A stretch of 64,000 nt of DNA from Saccostrea cucullata (Eukaryota): positions 62,001-126,000 of the forward strand of contig NW_026940848.1 of the NCBI RefSeq assembly GCF_032062105.1, given 5' to 3'. Position numbers and translations under genes: made by a program. Below the pieces are notes generated by a model, which did no database searches, was not told the DNA's origin, and was given only the letters and a program-made list of their open reading frames with translations. Shown piece after piece: positions 12,405 through 27,039 of this stretch; positions within the stretch are counted from its first letter, which is position 1; the number at the start of each line of letters is the position of its first letter.

Positions 12405-12456
<52 letters not shown>
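12405..12456. repeat. (TC)n microsatellite
   Basis: Direct observation. Confidence 0.95.
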
Positions 12457-12459
<3 letters not shown>

Positions 12460-12929
12460 ATAAATGTACGTGTAGTGGTGTAAGAAAATAGTGTTTTTAT
12501 GAAAATTTCATTATGTTCACCTGATTTAAAAAAAAAAAAAACATCTATATGTGTAGCTGCAAATTCTGCAAGAGTTATTTTTCTTGACACTGTAACACTG
12601 TACAAATTGTCCAATTATAACTGTATTAAGTGTCAAGAGAAAAAAAAGAAACATTAAACAATAATGGCAAGGCGGTGGGAACCGGAGGAGGGTAGGGGGC
12701 CATGCCGCCAATAATTTCTCCGATATTTAGATTATTATAGAAAATTTGGCTAATTATGCCTGTGTCCCCTCATTAAAAATGTCTGATGACCTTTTTATGA
12801 GCTCTGTTATGATCATGTGTTATGAAAGTTCCTAAATGACAAATTATGAACTGTAGATCTAATTCTATATAATTTGTATATTAATTTTCGATCTTGTTTG
12901 ACATATAGTTGAAGGTCTGTATTCACTCT

Positions 12930-13960
12930 TTCTGTCCGTATGTAAATTTTGTAAATTTTCGACCTTTTCTCCAGAACCAATTGGCCAATTTTAACCAAAC
13001 TTGCCACAAAATATCACTGGGTGAAGAGAATTCAAGTTTGTTCAATCGAAGGACCACTCCCCAATTCGAGGGGAGATAATTCAGAAAAAGTGAATATTTG
13101 GTGGTATGTTTAAAAAAATTTCCTCGCAAGAACCACCGTGCCAGGAAAAAAGAAAATGATGGGAGAACATCCTCAGGTAGTATAGATTTAAGTTTGTTCA
13201 AATCATGACACCCGGGGGCTACAAAGGACAATTAAAGTTTTACGTAGGAAAATCTTTTATCAACTTACATATATAGAACAGCAAAGTCATAATTGGTCAT
13301 ATTTATATAAATCATTAGGCAGTGCCTGGGTTTATGGTGGGGCCGCATAGGACAATCAAAGTTTTACCTAAGAATATATAGGAAACATCTTTTTCTTAAA
13401 TACAGCAAAGCCAAGATTGGTCATATTTATATAAAAGCATCCTCAGGTAGTGTAGCTTCAAATTTGGTCAAATCATGACCACCGGGAGTAGGGCGGAGCC
13501 ACAATGGACGATCAAAGTTTTACATAGAAATATATAGGAAAATTCTTTAAAAAGAGCAACAAAGCCATGAATGGGTATATTTATATGGCGGCATTTTTAT
13601 AGGTGTAGATTCATTTTTGTTCAAATCATGAACTCTTTGGGTTGGGTGGGCCACAATGGAGGAACACAATTTTACATTGTAATACATTGGAGTTTTTAAA
13701 AAAATCTTCAAAAAAACGCAGCAAAGCCATGATTAATCACATTTATCTAGAAGCATCCTAAGGTAGTGTATATTTATTTTTCTAAATATGACCTGGGAGG
13801 GGGGGGGGGGCAGACTTAAAGAGTAAAAAAGCCATAGTTAGTCAAAGATATATGGAAGCACCCTTGGTTAATCTAGATTTAAATACTCAAGTTTGTTCAT
13901 GACATAGTTCCGATCCTTAGCAACAGTGCTCAGGTAAGCGATGTGTCCCATGGGCCTCTT
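12930..13960 (+). mobile_element. HINE-like element with internal diverged tandem repeats
   Basis: Repeated tttgttcaaatcatgac...caaagttttac units and 3' end ctcaggtaagcgatgtgtcccatgggcctctt, shared with copies at 35220, 44805 and 47837. Confidence 0.65.
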
Positions 13961-15230
13961 CTTTTGCTTGTTAAGGAATTTTTGTAGTTGAAAATGTTTT
14001 AATTTATTTATATTTTTTTCATAATAAACAAAGAGAAACATATTTACATTTATGCGATACACATGCACACTCACCCTTTCACACTATCCACTATGCATCT
14101 ATAGATAATATTAAAAGAAAAAAAGATAATACATGTAAATTCAATTTGTCACTTTTTCCTCCAACACCTTATAACATTGTGCATAAACTTTCCGAATTTT
14201 TAAATATATATTCTTTTATCCACAATATGAGGATAAATTTGAAATAAAAAAAAGATTAACAATAGTAAATGAAATTTGACCTGTCACTCATCAAAAACAG
14301 GTTTCCATGTAGACCATATGGAATTAAAATACACAATTTTATTCTTTTGGATTGAAACAAATTTTCAACATCATATTTAATTCTTAGATGACATAAGAGT
14401 GCACTTAAATTTGGCATTTTCTTCTGCATCAAACAAGTAAAGATATGTTGTTTAGTGTACAGTATAATGAAATTTACAATATTTTATTATTTTTTTTACA
14501 AAGGAATCGCTCCTAAGATAGGAACAAGCATCGTAACTCATGGGAAATGACGAATGTCATTTTAAATTGAAACAGAGCTTGATTAACCTAACTATTCCCC
14601 AGATCTGGGGTTAACGTTGATCACAGTACAATAGTTTAAACGAATACTAGTATTACTTTATTACATTCATATATGCATCATTCTAAGACCTGAATTAACT
14701 ACCCTTTACTCTCCTACAAGTACCAGCAAATGTCTCAAAGTTTGATTACTTAATGAAGGAAGTCACAAGGTTATCAAAGTACTACATGTACCGACATTTG
14801 GTTTTTTCGCCGACTGATATATGCATAGTATTTGGTTGTAAGTTTTTATTTTTTAAAGAAACAAGTGTTTCTCACTGAAATGATTGTCAAATATCGACAT
14901 TTCTTTTATCGAGGGACAATAGAGTTATTTCCAAAAGGATTCTCACCAGATTTACAGTAACGATTAGCTGTAATTGTGTTCAGCAGTTTTTTGTAACTTA
15001 TTTTCACTAAATATTTAAGAATGAAATATTTTAATGTAATAAATAACTCATAATAGGTAATTATTACCATTAACTATGAAAAACTATTTTTACTTACATG
15101 TTTAATTTCATTGAAATTAAGATTATAAGTAATTATTATTTGCGGGGTATTTTTTATTCCATTTCCTATAAATGCATGACAAATACGTAAGATTCTGAAT
15201 TTTTTAAAAAGTTTCTTTTTTCATTTTTAA

Positions 15231-16328
15231 GGATACACCAAAGGTTTGCATAGGGCAGACTTTAATTTGCTTGTAATTCTTTCATTAACAAAGATAACAT
15301 ATTAAGAGTAGATATCATTTGAAAGCTTGTGAAATTTACTATTTAATGATCTTAATTTAAATTTTCATTTTTATCCTATTAAATTTTTTTTCATATTTTA
15401 ATGAAAATATAAGTGCATTTACATTTTATAAATCAATTTTTTTGTATTCCACCTCTCAAAGTCAAAATTTTGCCTCAATTTAGATTAAAGATTAAACTAT
15501 AAAAATATATCTCAGATTTTTTATAAACTTCTTACTCAAAAGTTACATCCATTTGTCTTTCAATGTTACCAATTTATTTGCCCAATTCTACATTTCCACA
15601 TATAATTCAATAAGTAAGCAAGATATCAAAAAATCTTAGATAGGGTTTTGTGAACACACATTTGAGGCGAATTCTGGCCAGTTTTCAGAGAAAATGGTCG
15701 ATAAATAAGTGAGCTGAATTCTTTGAAATAATACAACCAACTGTCTGATCTTACTTTACAGTAAAAGGCAAAAATCCATTACACAACAAAGTCTGCCAAA
15801 GCTAGAAATATATGATACCTTGGAGATTTAGCTTTGGATACCTGTCACTTATCCATATTTTTTATGCATATTCACAAGAATGGGAGGTCTTTTTCTTTAT
15901 TTAGGTACTTTTAATGAAGTAAAATAGGTTCAATTCTGAATCAGAAAGATTTCCCGGCAAAATGGCAAGAGCTAAGCTCCACCTCCTATTTTATGGTCAT
16001 TAGTGACCTGTTAGATCTCCTTCCCTAAATCTAGACTCCCTGTAGTTTAATTACTGATAACCTGTGTGGCTACTGAAGAATTCCCCGAGTGGTCACAGTG
16101 ATTTATTGCTCCTTTCAGAAGCAGGCAGTTACAGACCAAATGAGAAGCTTCAATAACGACACATTCAAATGTGTTAGTGTTTATGTTTGATTATTGTTAA
16201 ATAATTAGAAAATCATTTAAAAATCAGTAAGAATTTTTTCATGCATATAAAGCAGCAATTAGCCTTGTTTTCTTAGCCAAAAATATGAAAATTTACAACA
16301 ATCTTAAAAAAAGCCCTTAAGTGTATCT
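15231..16328. mobile_element. Possible Kolobok-like non-autonomous DNA transposon
   Basis: TTAA-ggatacac ... gtgtatct-TTAA; TIR only about 8 bp. Confidence 0.35.
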
Positions 16329-16489
16329 TTAAATAGTGTGCGACACGTCTCACTTCCTGAAAAGAAGTTTTCAAAAAAAAAAATTCCATTACTAGTAAAT
16401 CCAGCTAAATGAAATATATGGCGATAATGAAAAACATTCAAGCTCAAAATTCCATTAAACGATACGAGCAGAGCAAAGAGGGACCTCCA

Positions 16490-17250
16490 AAATATTTTAA
16501 GTGGGATCAGGTGCCATGGGGAAATTATTATTCCCTGCCAACCGGTCACACCCATATTGTGCTCATTGTCATTATTGGGAAATAACGGGAAAATCCCTCA
16601 ACAATTCAGTGTGTAAATAATGGCCTAACAATAAGCATGAAAAACGTCAGTCAGTATTTGGGAAATAATGAACGTATCAGGCTAAAATTTTCAACATGTT
16701 TTCACTTTTTTGTTTTGTGTTCCATATAAATTTTGAAATCACATATAGTACTAATTTCATAGCCTCAGTTCATGAACTTTTTGATAACCCCTCATATTTC
16801 AGTTAATGATAAATTCAATTTGCTGACAAGATTATTGCATCGGCCATAGAACTTAGAAATTAATGATTTTGAAATAGAGTTGTGATATTTTTGTTTCAAC
16901 AACTTGTTTGTCATTAAAAAATCTCGTTTTAAAAAATGTTTATTCGTAGAGCATGTTTTTGTCTCATATAAACTAAAGATATAAACCCCGTACGCAGGTG
17001 ATGAAGGCTTATTGCTGCATAAGTGAGGAAAGTTTACAATTGATTTTATATATCTCATTTGATTCGATACGAAAGAGCATGAATGAACATTTTCTAAAAC
17101 GAGGTGTGACCGATTGGCAGTAAATGCTCACCTCTCCATTGCACCTGATCCCACCTCTGATGTTTTGGAGGTCCGTATTTGCTCTACTCATATCGTTTGA
17201 TGGACTTCTGAGCTTGAATGTTGATCGTTATCGCCATATATTTCATTTAA
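16490..17250. mobile_element. Rearranged fragments of a Penelope-like (Naiad/Chlamys-type) retroelement 3' region in both orientations
   Basis: Minus-strand SIVNFPHLCSNKPSSPAYGVYI matches the 27-28 kb element; tail motif gcacctgatcccac occurs on minus (16501) and plus (17141). Confidence 0.6.
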
Positions 17251-19249
17251 TTGGATTGACTTTGTGTTTTCTCTGCTCTTGTTTTTTATGGTTTTAAATA
17301 TGTTTGGTCTTGAATACCGTTCGTTATCTCCATATGTTTCATACCAATTATTAGGCCTTTGTTTTTTTACTAAAATTAGAAACGGATAATCAATACACAG
17401 GGCTCGCTATGAATGTAAATGGATGTTTACTACTCCCATGCACCTGATACCACCTATGGAATATCCGGGGCCCATCGTTTTGCTCCATTTGCTCCATTTT
17501 CAGACTTGTATTTATAATAGTTTTATGCAATTGATCACAGTTTTTCATCTTCACTTTTTTAATTTTAGAGAAAATGTAATTTTTTCCAGTTTACATGAAC
17601 GGTTTATTCCGTTAAAAATTGTTCAATTTTTAACTTTAAGGTTTTATAATAAATGAACCATTATTCAATCGATGATACTGACGTAAATGAATTTTATGCT
17701 GTTTGAACAACTCATTCATATGAATTTTTAATTATTACCATTTACCTAGTAAGAGTCATAACAAACAAAAAAATCGAACAAATATTTAATTCTTAATTTC
17801 ATCATGCCATATGGCACACCAGACAGTTACATGTATTAGTTGTACACAAGGTGTACATATATTCAAATCTTTCAGTTTATATAATGTTTATATACATATT
17901 ACATGTATATGCTATAAACAATTTAATAAAACTATTCTTCGTTTGAAGCACTGAACAAAACATTCCCCAGTTTTGACATTTCTTTGACATTTTGAATACT
18001 TAACGATCGTATAAATTTAAAGACACTAGGTTTTTAACATAATACTGTTTGAAATATTGATTCAACTTCTACATCATTCAAGTCACATAATAGACATATC
18101 TATATTTAGTACCTGCTTTGCATAATGTCACAGAAACACTCAGAAATGCCTTATCATTTCCCAATTACGCTTCTTAATAAATATTTGATATTCCAGTTGT
18201 TGTTGTTTATTATTATTTTTTTTTTTTTTGAGAAATCAAATTGCAAATAAAGAACTCAATATTTTTGTTGAGTTATATGTATTTTCAACAATACAGGAAT
18301 TAAAAGAAACCGTAATACACATGTATACTATAAAGTTTATCTATCGTTGTAAATTATAATTATTTCTTGGGAGGATTGACTTGCATTAAATTACTACTGA
18401 AGACAGTAATTATTCTGCCTTGAACAATAAAAACAACACATAAGTTTATTTTTAAAAATATCTCAAATATTATTTCCACTCAAAATCTACATCAAAACCT
18501 TAAATGAAATGAAAAATGTGGAAGAAAAAAAAAGGTCTACTTATTCTGTAAGAAGTTTATCATTAAGCGTACGTCATTGAAATATTCCTAAGTGCAAATC
18601 TGTTTGATTTACACATCAATTAAAACAATTTTTTTTTACAGTTTACTTATACTAAATATTTGTATTCTGCTTCCATTTTTCGCTATATTTTTACTAAAGC
18701 TATTATGACATCAGATTAGCACAATTTACTCCATGTATATTTCTACGCGTGGGTATACATAAAATGGTATTCAAATTAAATTTCACAAATGGCTTACGCA
18801 GCAAATGTAAACATTGATATATAAGATGTCCTTGAAAAAAAATGACATTCCGTGATTAGATTCTTAGATTTATTTTCATCTTTGAAAATGATTTTAGAAA
18901 AAAAAGTCAATCAGAAACTTAATAATAAACTATTATTGTCATCATTTGAGAATCGAGTTAAAGTTTTTATATAAATGTGAAAATACAATAGATTCAATTG
19001 TAACTGCACTTAAAAAGATAAAAAATGTGTCCAAAATCATTGACGAAGTATTTTATCTTAAGAGACATTATAGTGAATTGTTTTTGCAACGTTTTTATAT
19101 CATACAATATGATGGAAATACCACTTCATCATAGTATTCAAAAATTGCTGTAATATTTCCCCCCCAAAAAGTTCGATATTAGTTTCTAAGACATTTGAGA
19201 GAGAAAGTAAAAACCACTTTATTGGATTTTAAAATTAAACTTTTCCAAA

Positions 19250-19845
19250 ATTGTAAATTTTTGTTATAAGGGAATATCAGGGCCCCTGGGTCAGGGCTTT
19301 TTGTGTTAGGGAAGGGCTCTAATCTTTATATAGTGAAAATGCATAAATTCTTTGAAAATCTTTTCCTTTGCTTCTGGGTATTATACCAATAATCTTATAA
19401 CATATTTATGACGAAGAAATCTGCTTCGATTCTTCCAAATGGTTAATTTCCCGACCCCTGGGTTAGAGGTACTTGGTGGGGCGTACTCACTCGGAAAATA
19501 ATTTTATGCTTTGAAATCTGCATTTTTTTTTTATAAATATACAACATGATGGAAAAAATTATAAAATTTTCAAAATTTGAAAGATGTGCCCCTGGGTCAT
19601 CGGTTCAGGGGGAATGGATAAAGAGGAAACGCATTTTTTTCTTTGCTACTCAGGTCTACCTCTGGGTATTAATTAACCGAAGTAGGCATGCTAAGTGTAT
19701 AGTTATGAAATATGATAAGCAATGATGCATACCTTTTTCAAAATTGTGAATTTCATGACCTTTGGTTGAAAACACGAATCAAATTCAATTGTTGGAAAGT
19801 TGTTACATGATACTCAGGTGACCTATAAGGCCCATTGGCATTTTG
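19250..19845 (+). mobile_element. HINE-like remnant
   Basis: Repeated aaaattgtgaatttcatgacc / cccctgggtca units, 3' end ctcaggtgacctataaggcccattggc. Confidence 0.5.
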
Positions 19846-20149
19846 TACTTATTTAGTTTCGATGGAGATTTAAAAGATCAATATCAGTTGAAAATATTTA
19901 ACAGTCATTACTTTTTATAATAGAGGACGACCAGTTATGGCACGCTTTTATTCCCCTAAGATTGGTTACGTGACTGATAATAAACATTTTAATTTTTGAA
20001 AATATATTTATTACTTCCCTGAATTTTGATTGTGATGTCAATAATAGATTAAAAAGCTTGTTTCATAGATAACCAATTTTGGCGTTCTTTTGAAGCATTT
20101 TTCATAGGATCAATTTCGAAACTCTACAAGAATGCCATTGCTGGACAAA

Positions 20150-20249
20150 ATGAGTGACATTTTATACCACTCTATGGTTTTATTGTTGATGATGAAAATC
20201 CACGATGTTATTGTTCCAAATCTGGCCCGTTCATATCCAGTCATTGCAG
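20150..20249 (+). CDS. C-type lectin/mucin receptor gene, exon 1 (putative signal peptide)
   Basis: MSDILYHSMVLLLMMKIHDVIVPNLARSYPVIA, donor cag|gttag, phase 1 matching exon 2; an in-frame upstream ATG exists at 20132. Confidence 0.55.
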
Positions 20250-23200
20250 GTTAGCATGTTCTGTTAAATTTCAGATATTTTAAGTTGAAGGCTATTTTGT
20301 GTTCTGTGTGTAGTTTTGTGAAGACGTAAGCTCCTTAAATATTGAAATTACTCACTGTTTTTTTACTAAGCATGCAAATGTAGCCGACATGTGTGGGAAT
20401 TAACTATATTTTAAAAAACTTTTCATTTAATAAAAAAGGAAAACTACTTTTTTTCTAGCATTGACTTTCATATTGAAAATTATGCTTTCATAATTCTAAA
20501 ATGTTTTGATCAAAAAATGCATTCGTACATGTGTACAAACCTATATTTTGAATATGTATCCCTAGAATTTTCATGATTCATGAGGAACATTTTGTTTCTT
20601 AGTTTGTATTTTATATATTCAATATTTTTTTAATCATACCGACATGTCACCCAAAGCCAATCCCAGACTGTAAATTTGTACTATACTTTGCACGTACGGT
20701 CATTGAGCAGTAATGGACCCTTTGTCATAATTATTGGAGTTTAAAGGTTCTCATAAAAATTCAAGCTAGAATATGGTTATTAATTTCTCAAATCCATTTA
20801 AACAACGCAAGTTTGAACGCGGGCGACAAGGAGCTTTGAGCTTTGAAAACAGAGACGGGATCAAATTCCTTTGACAATTAAGCATCCCCTACCACCTGTC
20901 AATCAGATAGCATAATTAAAGACAACTGAATAAAATGCACTAATGCAAAATCTTGCTTAGGGAGCCAAAAATGATAATTTCTAAACGTTTTAATTAGTAA
21001 GGGAAAAATACAAACCTCGACAACACATTTATACATTTTTTGAACTTTATAATTAACCTCATACTGAACATTCACATATGCTTAATATTAATCATATAAA
21101 TGTTTAGTGTTTGATTTTAAAAACTATTAAATATTGAAGATACTGCTGATACATTGTTCGTAAAAAATCACACATATGTTAGAGGTAATAAACTTTAAAG
21201 TTAACGGATATTGGATAAAGAGTTTTTGAAATTTCGGCAAAGTTCCACTTGATATTCCTTTGCAAAAGAGTTGAGGAGGAAGCAGTAAATTAGTTCTGTG
21301 GGGAATTGAAGTGACGTAGTTTACATGGGAATCGCAATGTCGAATACTGCCTTGATTCATATACGTATATGCTTTGAATGAGGGTTGGTCCGCCATGACG
21401 TTTCCTGGTTTTTCTATTGCTTTCTGTCTGTAAATCAATACTAATGACTTTATTTATGACTACGAGCATCCTGTAAATCCAAAAGTTATATTAGTTAAAC
21501 AATTAAAATGTATCTTTATGTACATGTTAGTTTCAATCTGAAATGAAAATCAATCTATATTTAATTTTTTTTAATTTACTCTTTCTACTGGAAGAAAATT
21601 ATATTAAAATATTGATTTGTATCCGTAACTATCTGAATTTCATGAATGTTTAAAATATGTGCATTGTACATGTATTTTGAAAGTTTGGTTTAAATGGACC
21701 CATGTAACAAGTTATGGAAGCTTCCAAAATTAAGGCATTAATTTTGCATTGCTGATGATTATAAAGGTTATTGCATGCTTCCAATGTATCTGTCATTTCT
21801 CCATTTTTGTTTTATCATTTTTTAATTTTTTATTATTGTTGTTGATTTGCTTGAAAACATTTAGAAATGAAAAAAATATCTAAATTTGAAACAATGACCT
21901 TCTTATCGTTTAGGAGTTCGAATATTGATGCCACTGTTTCAGCTCAGATGAAAGTTATTACAATGAACGTCACAATAATTGCTTTAAACTTTGCAATATT
22001 ATCGTCCAAGCAATTAAGGTTATATATTTGATGCTTACCATAAATTTATAGTCTATGTTTTAATAACCCGTGAATTCAAAATAAACAGTTACTGTGTGAA
22101 TGTGTCTGAATAATTAACGAATTAGCTTTTTTGAATGCGCTATATATTCGACCAATAAGAACGCTTTCATTGAAATAAAACGCAGCGATCAATCTCTAAT
22201 AAATTGTAAACAATACTGATTGTGTATAGGCAGATGGAAAAAAAGATAGGATCGGGTGTCTTAGAGGACCAAGCTCCTTGTGTCGACCGCTGACAGCCCG
22301 AGCCATCTGCACTGATGAACAATGAAAAATTCAAATTAGAAAAACTCTGACTTAAAAATCGGTTTGTAAAAATTTCTTGCAAAGCAGGACACCATATTTG
22401 TTCATTAATAACTTGTCGTCAGTATATCTAAATGTGGAATTGAGGGTCACAACCAGAAAATAAAAACAATCCTTGAGTAGAAAAATGACTTTTTAAAAAA
22501 TTTTAGATATTTTTTTTAATTTACTAGCATACGGATTTTTGCCTTTGTCCAATCATGTCAAGGAGAAAAAGACGGATGTGACTGATGGACAGGGGATGTT
22601 TATGTCTTTATGGCACCAGATCCACCTATTATGCTCTAGGTCCATGTTTGCATTGTAAGCAATGTGTACCTTTCCAGTGGAGTTTAGGCTAGATAAATGT
22701 TTGTTATTGTCATGACTCTCTTTATTCCTTGGCTTAACAAGAAGGAATTTGATACTCATTTTCTCTGATGAGTCCACTGATGTGATTACCTATTACCCTG
22801 AGCCTGGAGTTTCACCCTCATTTTATAAATCTTATCTTGAAAACAACAATTAAAGTCAGGTTTATTTGAGTAAAATCAATAAGTTTTTACTCTTAAATTC
22901 GAAATTTTACAACAAATGGATTGAACGTGACAGAACATTTGACAAAAAATGTATAGATTAATAAGGATGATTGCATAAAAGAATGCCTTTGAACATCTTC
23001 TTTGTTTATATAGATATAATTTCTTACATGTACTAATTAAATAAATTTATCATTTATTTCATTAACAATCAAAATAGCTTCAAAAATATATACTTATCCA
23101 GGCATCCATTTATTGTTTGAATCATTTATCCATAGTTTAAAACTATAGTTAAAAGTTCTACGTGGTTGAATAAATAATTATGTTTGGTTGTTCTTCTTCC

Positions 23201-23508
23201 AAAAATTATGGAGGAGTTTGTATTTTTTCTAAATTTTAGATAAATTTTACTCGTTAAATATATCCCCTACCTGATGAGAACAGTTTTAATAATATATTGG
23301 GTAATTTTGGCGCGATGAAGTTGAAACAGAACACTTGGTCAGCTCGTGTATTTCAATAGGCGTTAATTAAAATGGGTAAATTGAGACATTTAAGAAAAAT
23401 CATACAGAAATATTTTGTATCAAATTAACCATTTTAACATTGATCTGTGTTTTTTCTTTATTACATGACATATCGTGTACGCTTTTATCTATTAATTAAT
23501 TTTTACAG

Positions 23509-23665
23509 ATGTTTGTCCGAGCGTGACTCATTTTTTTTTTAATGATCGATGCTTTTGGAAGCTTGACACTCCAATGATATTTATGGAAGCACACGAAAAT
23601 TGTAAGAGGCACGGTGGTATCCTCACAGATGTTCCAGATTATGAAACTGATAAGATGCTTTCACG
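23509..23665 (+). CDS. C-type lectin gene exon 2 (CTLD1 N-half)
   Basis: ttttacag acceptor; DVCPSVTHFFFNDRCFWKLDTPMIFMEAHENCKRHGGILTDV; gtgag donor, phase 2. Confidence 0.85.
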
Positions 23666-23754
23666 GTGAGTAGTGCGTTAATCCATAGTTGTGAAATTCC
23701 GTCACATTATATTTTTTTTTCTAACTTAATCAGAAGGTAAAAGTTAAATATGTA

Positions 23755-23830
23755 GGAATTCGAACCTGCGACGTAAGGATCAGCTCCTTACTTCCCGACT
23801 CTAGAGCACACGCTCTAACCAGTGCACCAC
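23755..23830 (-). mobile_element. SINE tRNA-head fragment
   Basis: Matches the head of the 8161 and 10322 SINEs. Confidence 0.65.
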
Positions 23831-24250
23831 TAATTTGTTAAAAAAAAGATTGATACGTTTTGGGTTATCAGATCATAGCATAATATTTATTTCTTTTCTA
23901 AAACTAATACTTAAAAGCAAATTGTGATCATTCCCTTGTCAAATAAAGAAAAAAAATATCAACTTGTGGCGAACATATTAAAGCGCTTGAATTTATTTTA
24001 AAAAATCAATTAAAAAAATAAATTCATACATTTATTCAAAACTTCTTACGCCGATTTGACGTAATCGAGTAGATTTGAAATTATAGACACTTCAGAATTT
24101 GCCACTCCTGTTTCATGTTTGGGTCTTTAACTGACTATATATAGATGCTGTAACAAAGGAAAACTAACATCTAAATTTTATGACTAATGAGATGACTTCA
24201 TCTTTCCGTCGTAATTTTTCTTCATTTATGTAGTTATATTCTGCTATATA

Positions 24251-26841
24251 CGAGGGCTGTTCAATAAAGAATTCCTGAATTCTATGACATATAATATAGA
24301 TATCATATGACATTAACCTTAATTTTTTGGATTATCGAATCTCTGATTAATATTTAACAATTTATATAACCACTTTTCATGGCATAATTTCATTGTGAGA
24401 AGATGGAAAACAAGGGCTATTCGAGACACTGCATTAAAAATGAATGGTAAAAATCAGTAAACTAGAGTGAAATTAAAAGCTTTATTAAATCTGTTGTAAA
24501 ACTCGTTAAGAATCCCAAAGAAATATTCACTGAAATATGTAAAATTTACGGCAACCAATGTCTGTTTTATAAACAAATGAGCGGGTGGATTTCAATGACA
24601 AAAAATTATATCTAACTGGCATCTAAAATGGGTACTGTCCTTGCCAACAAAAATTATAACATCTGATGTTCTGTTTGCCAGATTTAAACAAATACTTACT
24701 GATGATGTATGAGTGACTTTAAGACAAATAGCAAATTTAATAGACATTTCGGGAGTTGTTAATACTGTTTAAAAGAAACGTTTGACAGTGAAAAAAATCT
24801 TATAGGTCACCCTATGTTTTGAAAAAAAGTGAAATCAACAGCATATAAGAATATCTAAACAGTTATTTTATAATATCAGTAATTGTAGTTATCCACGCTT
24901 GTTTGAAATTCAAACAGATAGTGAAACTTGAATCTTTTGCTTAAAATCCTCGAAACAAAATTTACAATAAGGTGTAATTGACAAAAACAGCAAATGACTG
25001 AGAAGAGCAAAGCATTGCAAGAGCCCAAGACAGACGTATATGCAATTTTCTTAGATATTAGAGATCTTGTTGTTCAAATTCGTATTCAGGGAGGCAGTAA
25101 AATTACGGGAAGAGTCTAGAAAGCAAATTGTTGCAAAAAAATCGAAAGGTTAATGAGAGGAAGCAACCAGAATCAGGAATCAACTACATAAAATTTCTTC
25201 ATGACAGCGTCCAAACCCACACGCCCTGAAAAGTGAAGGAGTTTTTAGGATAAACAGAAAGTTGAGTTTTAATATTCGCCAGATCTTTCGCATTTTGACT
25301 TGTTCCATTTTCCAAACTTGAAAAAAAAAAAAACACCTTTCAGAACATCTGCCATTTTCCAGTATACTAAAGGTCTTAACCAAAAATGAGTTCTAAAAAC
25401 AATCAGAAATTAAATAAAAAATTTCACAGACATGTGTTTTAATTGAAAGATATTACGAGGGGCGTTCAATAAATAATGTCATTAACTCGTTGACATACAA
25501 CCCAGTAATCATTGACATAAAGCTTGAATTTCTCCAATCATTGAATCTTTCATGAATTTCTACAAATTTGTGTGACCACTTTTCATCGTATTATTTCATC
25601 GTGGGAAGCTTGAAAACAAGGGCTTTTCGAGACACTGCATTAAAAATTAAATGCTACATTAAAGCAGCTGTAAAACTTGTTAATATCCCAAAAATATATT
25701 AACTGAAATATGTTAAATTTACAGCAACAAATGAATGCTTTAAAGACAGGCGAACAAGTATATTTCAATAAACAAAAATTATATAATGGGCATCAAAATG
25801 AGTACCGTCCTTGGCAACAATGACTACTAACTACCCATGTAAATTTGAGAAATTTCAACAAATTATCACTAATTATGTTTTATTGACTTTAAGACACATA
25901 GCAAAATTGATTAAAATCATTTTGGGGATAGTTCATACTGTTTTGAAGAAACATTTTATAGTAAAAAAAATTCAATACTCAAAGGTCACCCTATATTTTG
26001 AAAATTTGAGTGAAAACGACAGCGTGTAGGAATATCCAAACAATTATTTTAAAAAAATCAAAAAATGTACTTATCCACGTTTGTATGAAATTCTAAAAGA
26101 TAATGAAACTTGAATCCATTTTGCTTTAAGCCCACAAAACAAATTTACAATAAGATGCACTTGACAAAACTACAAAGGCCTAAAAAGAGCAAAGAATTGC
26201 ATGAGAATAAAAACGTTTTATATGCTGTTTTCTTAAATATTAGCGGTCGTGTTGCTCAAATTCATATTCTGGGAGGAAATTCAATTTATGGAGGAGTCTA
26301 GAAAATATTTTTTTGCAAAGAAATTTAAAGGTTTATGAGAGATAGCAAACAGAATGAGGAATTCACTACATTAAGTGACTTCATGACGGCGTCCAAACCC
26401 ATAGGCCATGAGGAGTAAAGTAGTTTTGGGGATAAACAGGAAGTAATTGTTTTGTCACACCAACAATATTAGCCGCATCTTTCAATCTTTGACTTGTTTC
26501 ATTTCCTAAACATAGAAAAACATCTATCAGAAAAAAAACAAGTACAGCAAATCATAGGATCTGCCGTATTCCAGTATACGAGGGATCATACTCAAAAATG
26601 TGTTCGAAAACAATTAGATATTGAATGAAAATGTTACGGATATGCGTTTTAATTGAAAGAAAATATTTTAGTTAAATCATTAAGACAAAGTCATAGAAAA
26701 GTGTTTTTTGTTTCCGAGCCCCAGTGACATTATTTATTGAACGCCCCTCGTATGAAGTTAAATCATTCAGAAGAAATCATTTAAAAGCGCCTTTTGCTTT
26801 CTATCCGAGCACCGAGGACATTATTTATTGAACAGTCCTCG
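24251..26841 (+). mobile_element. Degenerate mariner element (outer), about 1.29 kb without the nested copy
   Basis: TA-cgagggctgttcaataaa ... tttattgaacagtcctcg-TA; decayed transposase including a YSPDL-like stretch at about 25272. Confidence 0.85.
25456..26750 (+). mobile_element. Degenerate mariner element nested in a related mariner
   Basis: TA-cgaggggcgttcaataaataatgtca ... tgacattatttattgaacgcccctcg-TA, 1295 bp, colinear with the outer element. Confidence 0.9.
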
Positions 26842-27039
26842 TACGTACCTATAGTGTTTATGTATCGCAATTTTTTCGTAATAAAGAGAATGGTCTAAGT
26901 ATGATTATTTTAAACCGAAACCGTTTCTTACAAGCTGATGCGTCAGGAATTTCAATGACCTCATTTTAAGCCAGAATTTTGTAAATTCTATGGTCTATAT
27001 ATTATAACCTTATTATAAGAATCCTCACAAACAAAGATA

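Noticed and set aside
12162-12614. 150-aa ORF with ERERER tract
   Set aside because: Translation of a (TC)n microsatellite in AT-rich DNA.
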